DNA from: a virus
Reading direction: 5' to 3' (one strand)
DNA length: 64,000 nt
IMG/VR virus record: IMGVR_UViG_3300022890_000011
Coordinates: 102,602-166,601 of that record
Part shown: positions 40,501-49,237 of the stretch, piece after piece
Position numbering within the stretch: the first letter of the stretch is position 1
Layout of the letters: the number at the start of each line of letters is the position of its first letter
Notes under the pieces: model-generated
The model's database searches: none
Seen by the model: only the letters and a program-made list of their open reading frames with translations
What the model was told of the DNA's origin: nothing
Made by a program: the position numbers and the translations under genes

Positions 40501-42351
40501 TTGTGTTGGTGCTGCAATATGTGGTAAGAATAAACTATTATGTATTCTTAAGTAATTTGATGTAAAATCACCATATATTAAAGGAGTTGATGTACTACTA
40601 TTATCAATATATAATTTACTATTACTTGTTTCAGTTCTTCCAACATTATAACCAATAAATACACAACTACTAGCGGCACCACTATCATAACCTGCTGTAC
40701 TTCCAAGAAAAGTATTATTATTTCCAGTATTTTTTTGTCCTGTATATTTACCTATCATGACATTATATGTTCCTGGATTTTCATAACCAGAAGCACTACC
40801 AAGAAAAGTATTATAAGAACCTGTGGAATTACCACCAGCTAAAATTCCAATAAATGTATTTTCTCTTTGAGTCGTCATTTGTGAACCCGCTGAATATCCC
40901 ATGATAGTATTCTGATCACCACTTGTTATTTTATAACCTGCTTGATAACCAAATAATGAATTACCTATACCACTAAATACAGCAAATGATGCTGCAAGAG
41001 AACCGACTATAGTATTTTGAGTTCCACCTGATGATTGATATCCAGCACGATAACCAATCAATGTATTATCAACTCCTGTCATTGTTGTATTTCCAGCACT
41101 TTGACCTATTATAGTAGATCTTGATGTAACACTTCTTAAATCAATTCTACCATTTATGAATAAAGACTCATCATCCCAAGTCAAATTACTTGAACCTGTT
41201 ATCTTATTTGAACCATTTCCAAATGCAATTTGATCAGTTTCTAAAGATATTGTAGTTGCTGATAAAAAATTATTATCTACTTCAGTTTGTGTATAATAAC
41301 TTGTATTAGCACTTAAAAAGTTGTTATCAAAATATGTGTCTAATGATGAACCATCAATTAATATCTCATCATTAACCTGTGTAATTACGCTATCTGTTAA
41401 TCTTCCATTGGTTGTTGCAACTGGTAAATATGTTTCTGTTAAATTTGCACCATCATTTAGAATTATTCCCCTTCTTGTATTAATGTCACCTGATTGTAGT
41501 TCAACTCTACGAAGTTGTGAATATGTACCACCCCAATTATCAGCAAACTTAAATGCATAATATCTATATCCAGTTGTATTAGTTACATAAACATATTTTG
41601 GGTCTACTTGATTTAAAGCAACGTGCTCTTCAAATAAAGAAACATCAGTTGATAATTCAACCCAAGTTCCGTCATTAGCATAAATTAAATCATCAAAATC
41701 AGCTTGTGTATTTGAACCCCACAAGGTAAAGTTTTTAACACCACGGTCAGTAGTATTACCAATATTGTGACCATTTTCATAATATACTTTTGTTATTATT
41801 TTTGTTGAACCTAAATCAATATGAAATCGTTGGTCAGCAATAACACCGTTGTTTGACGACCATTGATTATTACCAAGAGAACCAATTAATGATTTTGTTG
41901 GGTCAGTTGCAAAATGAGGATAATAATCACTAGATAAAAAAGTTGTTGCTTTAACCGTTGTCACATCTTGAGGTGATGGGTATTCGCTTGTATATATTAT
42001 AGATGGTATTGGTGTTTTAATGCTAAAATATAAATCATTATCAACATATTCAACAGCACCTTGTTCTGTTGTATTTAGTAAACTACCACTTTGAAATTTT
42101 AATGGGAAATTTGCTGTTGTGCCAGAAGATAAAGTCAATCCACCAGTCATAGTATCACCAGTGATATTAACATACCTATCATCTGATTCTACTTTAGTAT
42201 ATTTATCTGCTAAATCATAAGAATTTCCTAATTCATTGATCATATAGTAAGATGTACCACTAGCATATAAATTCACGTATCCGCTTTGAGGTGTAATAAC
42301 TGAACTAACAGATGTAGGTATCGCTGTTTGTGGATATGATTTTCTTAACAT
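37555..42351 (-). CDS. Long tail fibre/adhesin with discoidin (F5/8-C)-like domain and three blocks of N.xIGY.AG repeats
   Basis: GDTMTG.L; IDLG..K.I..V...GSN...YRYY; about 14-aa G-rich repeats; repeated linkers. Confidence 0.8.
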   Translation of the reverse strand: MLRKSYPQTAIPTSVSSVITPQSGYVNLYASGTSYYMINELGNSYDLADKYTKVESDDRYVNITGDTMTGGLTLSSGTTANFPLKFQSGSLLNTTEQGAVEYVDNDLYFSIKTPIPSIIYTSEYPSPQDVTTVKATTFLSSDYYPHFATDPTKSLIGSLGNNQWSSNNGVIADQRFHIDLGSTKIITKVYYENGHNIGNTTDRGVKNFTLWGSNTQADFDDLIYANDGTWVELSTDVSLFEEHVALNQVDPKYVYVTNTTGYRYYAFKFADNWGGTYSQLRRVELQSGDINTRRGIILNDGANLTETYLPVATTNGRLTDSVITQVNDEILIDGSSLDTYFDNNFLSANTSYYTQTEVDNNFLSATTISLETDQIAFGNGSNKITGSSNLTWDDESLFINGRIDLRSVTSRSTIIGQSAGNTTMTGVDNTLIGYRAGYQSSGGTQNTIVGSLAASFAVFSGIGNSLFGYQAGYKITSGDQNTIMGYSAGSQMTTQRENTFIGILAGGNSTGSYNTFLGSASGYENPGTYNVMIGKYTGQKNTGNNNTFLGSTAGYDSGAASSCVFIGYNVGRTETSNSKLYIDNSSTSTPLIYGDFTSNYLRIHNSLFLPHIAAPTQQVGYGGLYVDTANSHIYFINESGSTWDLTDTGTTDLSGYYTSAQTSANFLSATTISLATDQIAFGSGSNEISGSSNLSYNDESLYINGRLNIQSGVATSAAIGLNAGNLTMTGLYNAIFGAAAGNALTDGASNTFIGAYAGVYTEGGENNTFIGNSAGYSNVDGINNVIIGYQAGYSNIANYNNFFGYEAGYSNSDGLGNLAFGYASGYENISGDYNISIGYLAGYNNLASETIYIGHGAGQSTTGATNGIGIGTDSLKNCYGASNLAIGYKSGDAVGFTGANNVILGHNTGSAITTGYNNVLIGNLAGYKVTEGFKNILIGYQSGYDLIDGDENICIGDNAGANLRSGFFNFFTGRESGNACTDGSYNIGIGTRSLYKVVSAQYNVALGIGALEDVVTGEKNTAIGYHTGNNTTGSSNVFIGYDAGSDELGSSKLYIANTNTTTPLIHGDFSSNHIRIHNSLFLPLISTPTEQTGYGGFYVNAINALPYFVDESGNTFNLTDTGSTDLSDYYTSAQTSDYFLSANTISLETDHIAFGNGSNTITGSSNLTWDGTTFFAKGSGAAGSTNILEFQNSSSNGILTIADNGYFLFSDGTNNLMEIEGVGIGNVHFGYEAGDVNSGTYNVGIGYRALKTNTQSYCVGIGYLALTNNTGTANVAIGSNALDDALTGGNNTAIGNSTGGRLTSGNNNVLIGAGAGSIGTESVGLVAIGTTSNTTDADYTVAIGYQAGYQNAGNNCVLIGTHVAYVSTGIDNTFIGAYAGKFNKEGYNNTYLGRSAGYINTGGTGNVFIGHSAGYSEYYSNKLYIANSNTTTPLIYGEFDNDFIKVHNTLFLPHIATPTEQTGYGGLYVSEDDSHIYFVNESGTTWDLTNSGSSGGSVTATDKEILFGSGNTATSESGLTWDYGTETLSTTNIDITALSATTIFSDNVYIDEDGFIYWGPTNTEGSWRQGIDHQEPGRDLVVEVYSGGTWVEKTRYNA

Positions 42352-42440
42352 TTACAATTATTTTTCTTGTTGGTATATATATTATTTTTATATGGTAGGA
42401 ATTTAAAATAATCGCATTGTAAAAATAAATATATAATAAT

Positions 42441-42794
42441 ATGAATTTTGAAACAATGAAAGAAAATCTTGACATTTTAATTAAATCAGTTAAGAGGGAC
42501 ATTGAATTAACATACGAAAGTGTTTTGAATAATCCACATTCTAGTGAAGTGCAAAAACATTTATTGAGATATGCTGAATTAAATAATTTTTTATCAATAT
42601 ACCAAAATCTTTACGAAATAAAAGATGAAAAAGAATTTCAAGAAGTTTTAACAACATATGTAGATTTATCTATTAATACACTAACCGATCAACTAGACAA
42701 ACACATAGATAACGAAAATTATGAAAAATGTGCAGAGATTAAAAGTGAAATTGATTTAATCAACAACTTGAAATATAAGGAAAAAGAAAATTAG
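42441..42794 (+). CDS. Protein with C-terminal UVR (UvrB/C) motif
   Basis: LDKHIDNENYEKCAEIKSEI. Confidence 0.65.
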   Translation: MNFETMKENLDILIKSVKRDIELTYESVLNNPHSSEVQKHLLRYAELNNFLSIYQNLYEIKDEKEFQEVLTTYVDLSINTLTDQLDKHIDNENYEKCAEIKSEIDLINNLKYKEKEN

Positions 42795-42826
42795 AAATAT
42801 CCAAAAAAAATCCGTATCTTGGTAAG

Positions 42827-44038
42827 ATGAAAAAACTTAAACACTTAAAGACATACGAAGGTTTCACAGTGAAAAATTCATACATTCCTACTTACGAGGA
42901 AGCAGTAGAAATATGCGAAGTTAATAAAAATTTCTATGAGAACACACACGAAGTCAACGGATATAAAGTGTCTACGTTTAATTATAGAATCGCAGGTTAT
43001 GAAGATTTTATAAACCCACTACCAGATAAACCAAATGTTAATGCTAGAGAATTAAGAGGTTTAACCTTCATTTTTAATGAAGATGGTTCTTTATATAAAA
43101 AATATTTACATTTGCAAAAGTTTTGGAATATAAATCAAGTAGAAGAAACATTCTACCAAAATATTAAAGATTATAAAATCGTCGGCGTGGCTGATAAATT
43201 AGATGGTTCTTTGGTTACATTCGTTAAATTTCCAAATGGTGATGTTCTAAGTAAAACTCAAAACTCATTCGATAACGAACAAACAGAAGTAGTAAATAAA
43301 TTGTACAAAGATAATGAAAGTATTCAAAACTTTATCAAATGGTGTGAAAAGAAAAATTATGTAGCATTATTTGAATATGTTTCATTTATGAATAAAATTG
43401 TACTAGATTATGACGAACCTCAATTAATACTATTGAGAGTTAGAGATAATGATACTGGTGAATACATTGAATTTAAAAATCTAAAAGATTTGGGTGAAAT
43501 ACCAATCGCTGAATCAGAAGAATTTGATAATTTAGAAGATATAATAGAACTCGCTAAAAATATAGAAGATAAAGAAGGATGGGTTATAACATTACAAGAT
43601 GAAAATGGTCAATATACCATGGTTAAACAAAAGACTGATTGGTACTTTATTAGACATAGATTAAATGATAAAGTTGAAAGGGAGAATGATATTATTGAAT
43701 TAATATTGGATAATACTATTGATGATATTTTATCACAATTAGACCCTGAGAGGGATGCTAGTAAGATTAAATTTATTAATGATATTACAAAGGTGGTTTC
43801 TGATTGGGTTAATGGAAGAGTTATAGAAGTTCAAGAATTAGTAGATAAATTTGATGGTGATATAAGAGATTTTGCTATTAGATATAAAAAAGATAAAAAC
43901 TTTGGTATGGCTATGATGGTTGTTAGAGGTTATGATACTAATGTATTTAATATTGTAAAAGAATTTTTAAAGAAAAATACAAATAAATTAGAACAAGCTA
44001 GAAGTTTTATAAAAAGAAAAGATTTTAAAAGAAAATGA
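42827..44038 (+). CDS. RNA ligase, T4 Rnl1-like, with LKHLKTYE leader
   Basis: E.RGL.F, KFWN..Q, KLDGSL, FEY....IV..Y, EGWV, K.K..WY. Confidence 0.88.
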   Translation: MKKLKHLKTYEGFTVKNSYIPTYEEAVEICEVNKNFYENTHEVNGYKVSTFNYRIAGYEDFINPLPDKPNVNARELRGLTFIFNEDGSLYKKYLHLQKFWNINQVEETFYQNIKDYKIVGVADKLDGSLVTFVKFPNGDVLSKTQNSFDNEQTEVVNKLYKDNESIQNFIKWCEKKNYVALFEYVSFMNKIVLDYDEPQLILLRVRDNDTGEYIEFKNLKDLGEIPIAESEEFDNLEDIIELAKNIEDKEGWVITLQDENGQYTMVKQKTDWYFIRHRLNDKVERENDIIELILDNTIDDILSQLDPERDASKIKFINDITKVVSDWVNGRVIEVQELVDKFDGDIRDFAIRYKKDKNFGMAMMVVRGYDTNVFNIVKEFLKKNTNKLEQARSFIKRKDFKRK

Positions 44039-44933
44039 TAAGAAATTATGATAATTTTTTGTTTGAGAAATATGGTTCAAATGAGTTAGTTAGAAAACTT
44101 ACTTTTTATTTGGAAGATGTTATAAATAAAAATATTGGTAAATTGATTTTAAATAAAAAAATTGTATTAAATGGTAGTTTAAAAAATTTCACTGATATTA
44201 ATTTTCTAAATGATGAAATTGAGATTGTTTTGTCAAATGAGACACATGGTGGTGTATATCTAAAATTATTATTAATTGATAATAATAAAATAGAAAATCT
44301 TAAATTGGTATTTAAGATGGTTTTATCACCAGTTGAAAAAACATCTAAAAAATTGAATCGAGATAATAAAATTATAAATATTATTTCTCATGAATTTTTA
44401 CATGTTGTTGAATTATTTTTGACAAAATTAAACAATAATTTAGAATCTAGATCATGGGAATATGGAGATAGATTAAAAATATTAAAGAAAAAATATTTAA
44501 ATAGTTGTGAATTTCAAAAAGTAGAATATTTAATATATTTGTCTTTGCCTCATGAAATAAGAGCCAGAATTGAACAATTGAATAAAAATGTGGAACAAAA
44601 GAATATAATTGGTATAAAAAAAACTCAAGAATATATAAAAACAACTAAAATATATAAAGATGTTGATTTTTTATCTACCATTAATATAGATAAGATTTTA
44701 CTAAAATTAAAGAAGTTGATTATGATTTAATCATAAAAGATTTTAATCATTTGTTTTTGCAGAATAATGCAACGAATATAAAACAATATGAAAATAATTT
44801 TAAAAATTATTTTAATACTTTATTAAAAAGAAACAATAACACGATTAAAAAATTGCTTAAAGTATCATATAATTTTCAGGATGGTTTAATGTTAGAAGAA
44901 GATATAAATATAAATTATTCTGAATATAAATAA
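44035..44933 (+). CDS. HExxH putative metallopeptidase; frameshift near 44712 splits off 44751-44933
   Basis: ISHEFLHVVE, Y...PHEIRAR; N-term MIRNYDNFLFE. Confidence 0.55.
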
Positions 44934-44947
44934 AATAAAATAAAAAT

Positions 44948-45592
44948 ATGAAAATAAGACAAGGATTTGTAAGTAATAGTAGTTCGTCATCTTTTATAGT
45001 GACGTTTCCAAAAGAAATGAAAAACGTAAGAGATGTTAAAGAATCATTATTTCCTGATGGAAAAACATTTAGTATAGAAACAACATCCTCATGGAATGGG
45101 ACAGGAACTATAATTGATTCAGATGAAATAGCTGAACACGTATGGAAAGATATACAAAATTCAGGTGATAAGACTGTATTTGAATTGATTTTTTTGCTTG
45201 GTGAAGATTATTTAGATGGTTTTTATAATGATTGGGGTGAGCCAAAAATGTGGAGATATGTTCCATATTGGAGAGAAGAAGGTTTTGAAAAAGAAGGCAC
45301 CAAACTTGGGTTATTGGATGAATTTGAAGGTTATACTAATTTGAAAGACTTAGAAGAAGATATTAAAATTAATGATTCTATAATAGATCAGGATGATTGG
45401 GATAAATATCCACAAGGAGCTGATTCTGGTTTAGAATCAGTTAAAGAATATATTGAAAAAGCAAAAAAGATTATCGAAGGTGATGAACAATTATATTTCT
45501 TTACATGGTCTGATGATTCTTCTTATGATGCAGCTTTTGAACATGGTGATGTATTTAGAAATCTTCCATGTAAAATAGAATCACATCATTAA
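44948..45592 (+). CDS. MKIRxGFVSNSSSSS-leader protein
   Basis: MKIRQGFVSNSSSSSF; ends EHGDVFRNLP...SHH. Confidence 0.8.
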   Translation: MKIRQGFVSNSSSSSFIVTFPKEMKNVRDVKESLFPDGKTFSIETTSSWNGTGTIIDSDEIAEHVWKDIQNSGDKTVFELIFLLGEDYLDGFYNDWGEPKMWRYVPYWREEGFEKEGTKLGLLDEFEGYTNLKDLEEDIKINDSIIDQDDWDKYPQGADSGLESVKEYIEKAKKIIEGDEQLYFFTWSDDSSYDAAFEHGDVFRNLPCKIESHH

Positions 45593-45606
45593 AAATAATA
45601 ATAATT

Positions 45607-46068
45607 ATGAAAGTTAAGAAAGTATCAGAATTGTTTACAAATCAAAATTTAAAAAATGAAGAAAAATTTGTTGATATTATTGAAAAACTCAATAAAGATT
45701 ATTATGAAGTGAATTTATTTGCTAGAGTTGAATATGAAAATGGGTATTATTCTAAAGGTAAAGTAGAATATAAAAAGAAAAAAGACCATATCTATTTTTC
45801 TTATGGATATATGATGTATGAAGATCATGGTGATTATCATGAATTTGAAATACATGAAAATGAAGCTACTCTTAACCAAAGAATGGAATTTTGTATTGAA
45901 AAAGGTATAAAAAAAGTTAATCTTAGTGATGTTTGTATAGTTTATAAATTTGGTGATCATATTGATGCTGTTCAGGAAATTTATGAATATGATGATACTA
46001 TAAAGAGTATTATTAAAGAGATCATTGATACTGTTAATGAACTCCGAAAATATAAAATAAAAGAATGA
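45607..46068 (+). CDS. Hypothetical protein
   Basis: ORF. Confidence 0.6.
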   Translation: MKVKKVSELFTNQNLKNEEKFVDIIEKLNKDYYEVNLFARVEYENGYYSKGKVEYKKKKDHIYFSYGYMMYEDHGDYHEFEIHENEATLNQRMEFCIEKGIKKVNLSDVCIVYKFGDHIDAVQEIYEYDDTIKSIIKEIIDTVNELRKYKIKE

Positions 46069-46241
46069 GAAAAATAATAATATTATTAATTTTACTGGGT
46101 TTTTGCTCGTGTTCTTTAAAAAAAGATTTAGTAATAAGTCAGGATGAAAATAAAATTTTAAAAGAGCAAGTAGTAAAATTAAAAGAGATAAATAAAAGAC
46201 TCATAGATTTACTTGATGAATGTGAAGCAGAGAGAAAATGA
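46065..46241 (+). CDS. Small lipoprotein (58 aa, not in track)
   Basis: MRKIIILLILLGFCSC followed by coiled coil. Confidence 0.55.
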   Translation: MRKIIILLILLGFCSCSLKKDLVISQDENKILKEQVVKLKEINKRLIDLLDECEAERK

Positions 46242-46315
46242 AGATTAAGAAATAATAATTTTTTTATTTTGAATAAATTTTGTATTTTTACTTAAATTAA
46301 TAAACTAAAAAACTT

Positions 46316-46957
46316 ATGAGTAAAAAATACACAAAATTTCGTTATTTGTATCCCCCCAGACCTGAGCAGACTATACCTTTTGACGCTATCGACGAATATG
46401 ACAATGGTGAATATATTGGACAAGCCAAATTAAACGGTGATTGTGCTGAATTTTATTTTGATGGTGAGAAAGTTAGATATTTTAATAGACATAAGAAAGA
46501 AGGAATTAAGTTGTTTAAACTTGAGGATTCTGAAGTATTAAAACTTCATAAATCTGAATCTTTTATGGTATTGTCTGGAGAATATATGAATAAAAATAAG
46601 AAAGGTATTGATGGAAAACCATGGAATCATAAATTTGTTATTTGGGATATTCTTGTTTATAATGGCGAACATTTAATTGGAACAACTTATGAAGAAAGAG
46701 TTAAGTTATTAGATGAATTGTATGGTGTTAATGAGTATAATGATTATTTATATGAGGTTAGTGAAAATATTTTCAGAGTAAAAACATTTTATAAAAATTT
46801 TTCTAAAATATGGAATCAAATTGTTGAAATAGATATGTTAGAAGGTTTCGTTTTTAAAAGAAAATCTGGAAAGTTAACTGACGGGACTCGTAACGAAAAA
46901 AATGGTCAGTTAAATTCGATTAAGTGCCGTAAATCTACAAAGAATTATAAATTTTAA
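46316..46957 (+). CDS. ATP-dependent ligase adenylation-domain-only protein
   Basis: Q.KLNG, NRH, LSGE, FVIWDIL, Y.ER..LL, EGFVFK; no OB domain. Confidence 0.75.
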   Translation: MSKKYTKFRYLYPPRPEQTIPFDAIDEYDNGEYIGQAKLNGDCAEFYFDGEKVRYFNRHKKEGIKLFKLEDSEVLKLHKSESFMVLSGEYMNKNKKGIDGKPWNHKFVIWDILVYNGEHLIGTTYEERVKLLDELYGVNEYNDYLYEVSENIFRVKTFYKNFSKIWNQIVEIDMLEGFVFKRKSGKLTDGTRNEKNGQLNSIKCRKSTKNYKF

Positions 46958-46958
46958 G

Positions 46959-47234
46959 ATGATACACAAAACTAGACAACAGGTTATAGATGAATGGAAT
47001 GAATGGAATGATGTCGAACGGTGGAGTCATATTATTTTAGGAATATTTTTCAAAGGTGATATTATTATATATTTAGATAATGATAATACATCAATTTTCA
47101 TTGAAAAATCAATTTTCATAACAGATTTAGATCCTGAAGATGGTATTTGTTTATATTTTGATGATTATATTGGTAATGCTCAAGGTGTTTATGATTTATG
47201 TGAAGCTGTTGGAATAAAATGTGAAGGAGTTTAA
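46959..47234 (+). CDS. Hypothetical protein
   Basis: ORF. Confidence 0.55.
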   Translation: MIHKTRQQVIDEWNEWNDVERWSHIILGIFFKGDIIIYLDNDNTSIFIEKSIFITDLDPEDGICLYFDDYIGNAQGVYDLCEAVGIKCEGV

Positions 47235-47522
47235 ATGGACATGAAATATAAAATAGGAATAGTAGAATATGATTTAAATGAACTTATAGATAAATGGGTT
47301 GCAAAAGAATTTAGAGAAGAAGCTAAAGAAATAGTTTTTAAATATCTTGATTGGAATGATTTTGGTTCTCATTATATGATTGTTGAGTTAATCATTTATC
47401 ATGAAAGAGATATGGGTAATATATTTTGTTTACATTTAGATAAAATGAAACTTGATTTAGTAAAACAGAATATTATGGAAAAGGGTGGTAATTTTGGGAA
47501 TCATTTAGAAATGGGCGATTAG
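47235..47522 (+). CDS. Hypothetical protein whose 3' end overlaps the tRNA
   Basis: ORF. Confidence 0.5.
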   Translation: MDMKYKIGIVEYDLNELIDKWVAKEFREEAKEIVFKYLDWNDFGSHYMIVELIIYHERDMGNIFCLHLDKMKLDLVKQNIMEKGGNFGNHLEMGD

Positions 47523-47586
47523 TGTTACTGGCTTAGCACGGAGACTTCTAAACTCTTCAGAGTGGGTTCGAATCCCATATCGCCTA
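47513..47586 (+). tRNA. tRNA; canonical register gives anticodon CTA (amber suppressor), alternative reading Arg-TCT
   Basis: Acceptor GGGCGAT/ATCGCCT, D-stem GTGT/GCAC, T-arm GTGGG-TTCGAAT-CCCAT, anticodon arm GGAGA-CTTCTAAAC-TCTTC. Confidence 0.85.
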
Positions 47587-47602
47587 CAAATTTAAAATTA
47601 AT

Positions 47603-48361
47603 ATGAAATTAAAAATATTAAAAGATAAAATAGTTGTTGAGGAATGGAATGAGAATTTAGAAATTAATCAAGAGGTCGATATTAAAAAATATCAAAGACC
47701 ATTTTCTTATTATTTTCAACATTTAGTTGAATTTGATGAAAATGTGACAATTAAAGATTTCATGAATCATTTATTTGATTATGAAGATTTAATTGATTTG
47801 TGTTTTTATGGGTTTACTTATGGATTTAAATTAAAACCATATTTAAAAGAATTAAAAAAACCATTAAAAGAAGAAACAGAGTGGTCAAGATTAAAACATA
47901 TTGAATTTAGTTGGATTTGTGAAATTATGAATAATAATAATATAAATGAACTAGAGTTTGATGCCTTTGTTACTGGTATTTCTAAAGATTCAAAAATATT
48001 ACATGGTTATTCTATTAGTTTAACACCTATTAATGAATGGAAACATTTACCGATCTTTTTAAATAAAGAAGTTGTTGTAACTGAATATAAAGATGGTGAA
48101 ATGGTCGAACATTTAAAAGTAAGAAAGGAGTGGATATTATATGATATTATTGGAACTTTTTTATATGAATTATCATTTCATGGGGACCCTGAGGATAAAG
48201 AAAATTTTAGTTGTGAATTGAATGACTTAAAAGAAGAGGTTTCTATAGAAGAACTTGAATTGATGCGTTTAGAAAAAGAGTTAACTGAAGCAATTGAAAA
48301 TGAAGATTATGAAAATGCTAGAAAACTTAATAAGGAAATAAAAAAAAGACGTGATTCTTAA
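47603..48361 (+). CDS. Protein with C-terminal UVR motif
   Basis: LEKELTEAIENEDYENARKLNKEI. Confidence 0.7.
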   Translation: MKLKILKDKIVVEEWNENLEINQEVDIKKYQRPFSYYFQHLVEFDENVTIKDFMNHLFDYEDLIDLCFYGFTYGFKLKPYLKELKKPLKEETEWSRLKHIEFSWICEIMNNNNINELEFDAFVTGISKDSKILHGYSISLTPINEWKHLPIFLNKEVVVTEYKDGEMVEHLKVRKEWILYDIIGTFLYELSFHGDPEDKENFSCELNDLKEEVSIEELELMRLEKELTEAIENEDYENARKLNKEIKKRRDS

Positions 48362-48410
48362 TATTTTTTGGGTTGAATGTAAAATAATATATAAATGGAA
48401 ATAATGACCT

Positions 48411-48635
48411 ATGATATTTAGAATGTGGAAAAGAAAAAAGCTGAAAAAGAAAATTACTGGTTTAGAAATGGAACTTGGTCAGGTTAAGGCTGTTATATCT
48501 GCTAATAAAAAAATGTTAATTAAAATGTACGATGAATATAATATATCAAAAGTGCAAATGGAGATTGAATCAAAAGAAATAGAAAAAATATTATTAGAAA
48601 ATAAATTAGAACAACTTAAAAACAAACTAACATGA
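48411..48635 (+). CDS. Small coiled-coil protein
   Basis: ORF. Confidence 0.55.
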   Translation: MIFRMWKRKKLKKKITGLEMELGQVKAVISANKKMLIKMYDEYNISKVQMEIESKEIEKILLENKLEQLKNKLT

Positions 48636-48827
48636 TGGTAAAAAAATGTAAATATCACTTAATCATAGAAAATCCTAAAGATGAAGTTTTAGGTATTTAT
48701 TTTCATATTGAAGATGGTGAAGAAATAGAAAAAGCATCTAAAAGATTAGCTAAACAATATAAATTTAAAAAGTATAAAATAGAATTAAATCCATTTTATA
48801 TGAATTGACAATTGTATAATTCATTAT

Positions 48828-48836
48828 TAATATATA
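48828..48836 (+). promoter_or_regulatory. Putative late promoter TAATATATA (representative copy)
   Basis: Recurs upstream of tagged and structural genes: 10521, 48385, 54041, 60597, 61325 (+); 18106, 42376, 56848 (-). Confidence 0.5.
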
Positions 48837-48842
48837 AGTATA

Positions 48843-49211
48843 ATGAAATATTTAAAAACATTTGAAAATGATCAATTGAATTTATCCTTTAATATTTGGT
48901 TTGATTTAATCGAAATATCTAATAAATTATATAATAAATATTGGAAATATGATTCAGTTGAAGATATTGATATGGTTAAAATCAAACTTGAAAATACAAT
49001 TTTTGTAAATATTTTTAAATTCAATGAAATAGAATTATGGAAATGGAAACATACTGACCCAGAATTATATATAAATATAACCAATGATGGTACTAATTCT
49101 ACCACTATAAGTAATGTTGATGATCTTGAATTAAATGATAAAATACATGATGTTTTGAAAGATCCAAATACAATAATAAAACTAGAAGCAAATAAAATGG
49201 GTTTATTATAA
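48843..49211 (+). CDS. MKYLKTFE...EANKMGLL tagged protein
   Basis: Both terminal tags. Confidence 0.75.
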   Translation: MKYLKTFENDQLNLSFNIWFDLIEISNKLYNKYWKYDSVEDIDMVKIKLENTIFVNIFKFNEIELWKWKHTDPELYINITNDGTNSTTISNVDDLELNDKIHDVLKDPNTIIKLEANKMGLL

Positions 49212-49237
49212 AGAACTTCCCAAGAAAATTTAAATTA

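Noticed and set aside
37555-42351. Diversity-generating retroelement acting on the fibres
   Set aside because: No reverse transcriptase in the window and no template/variable repeat pair differing only at adenines was seen.
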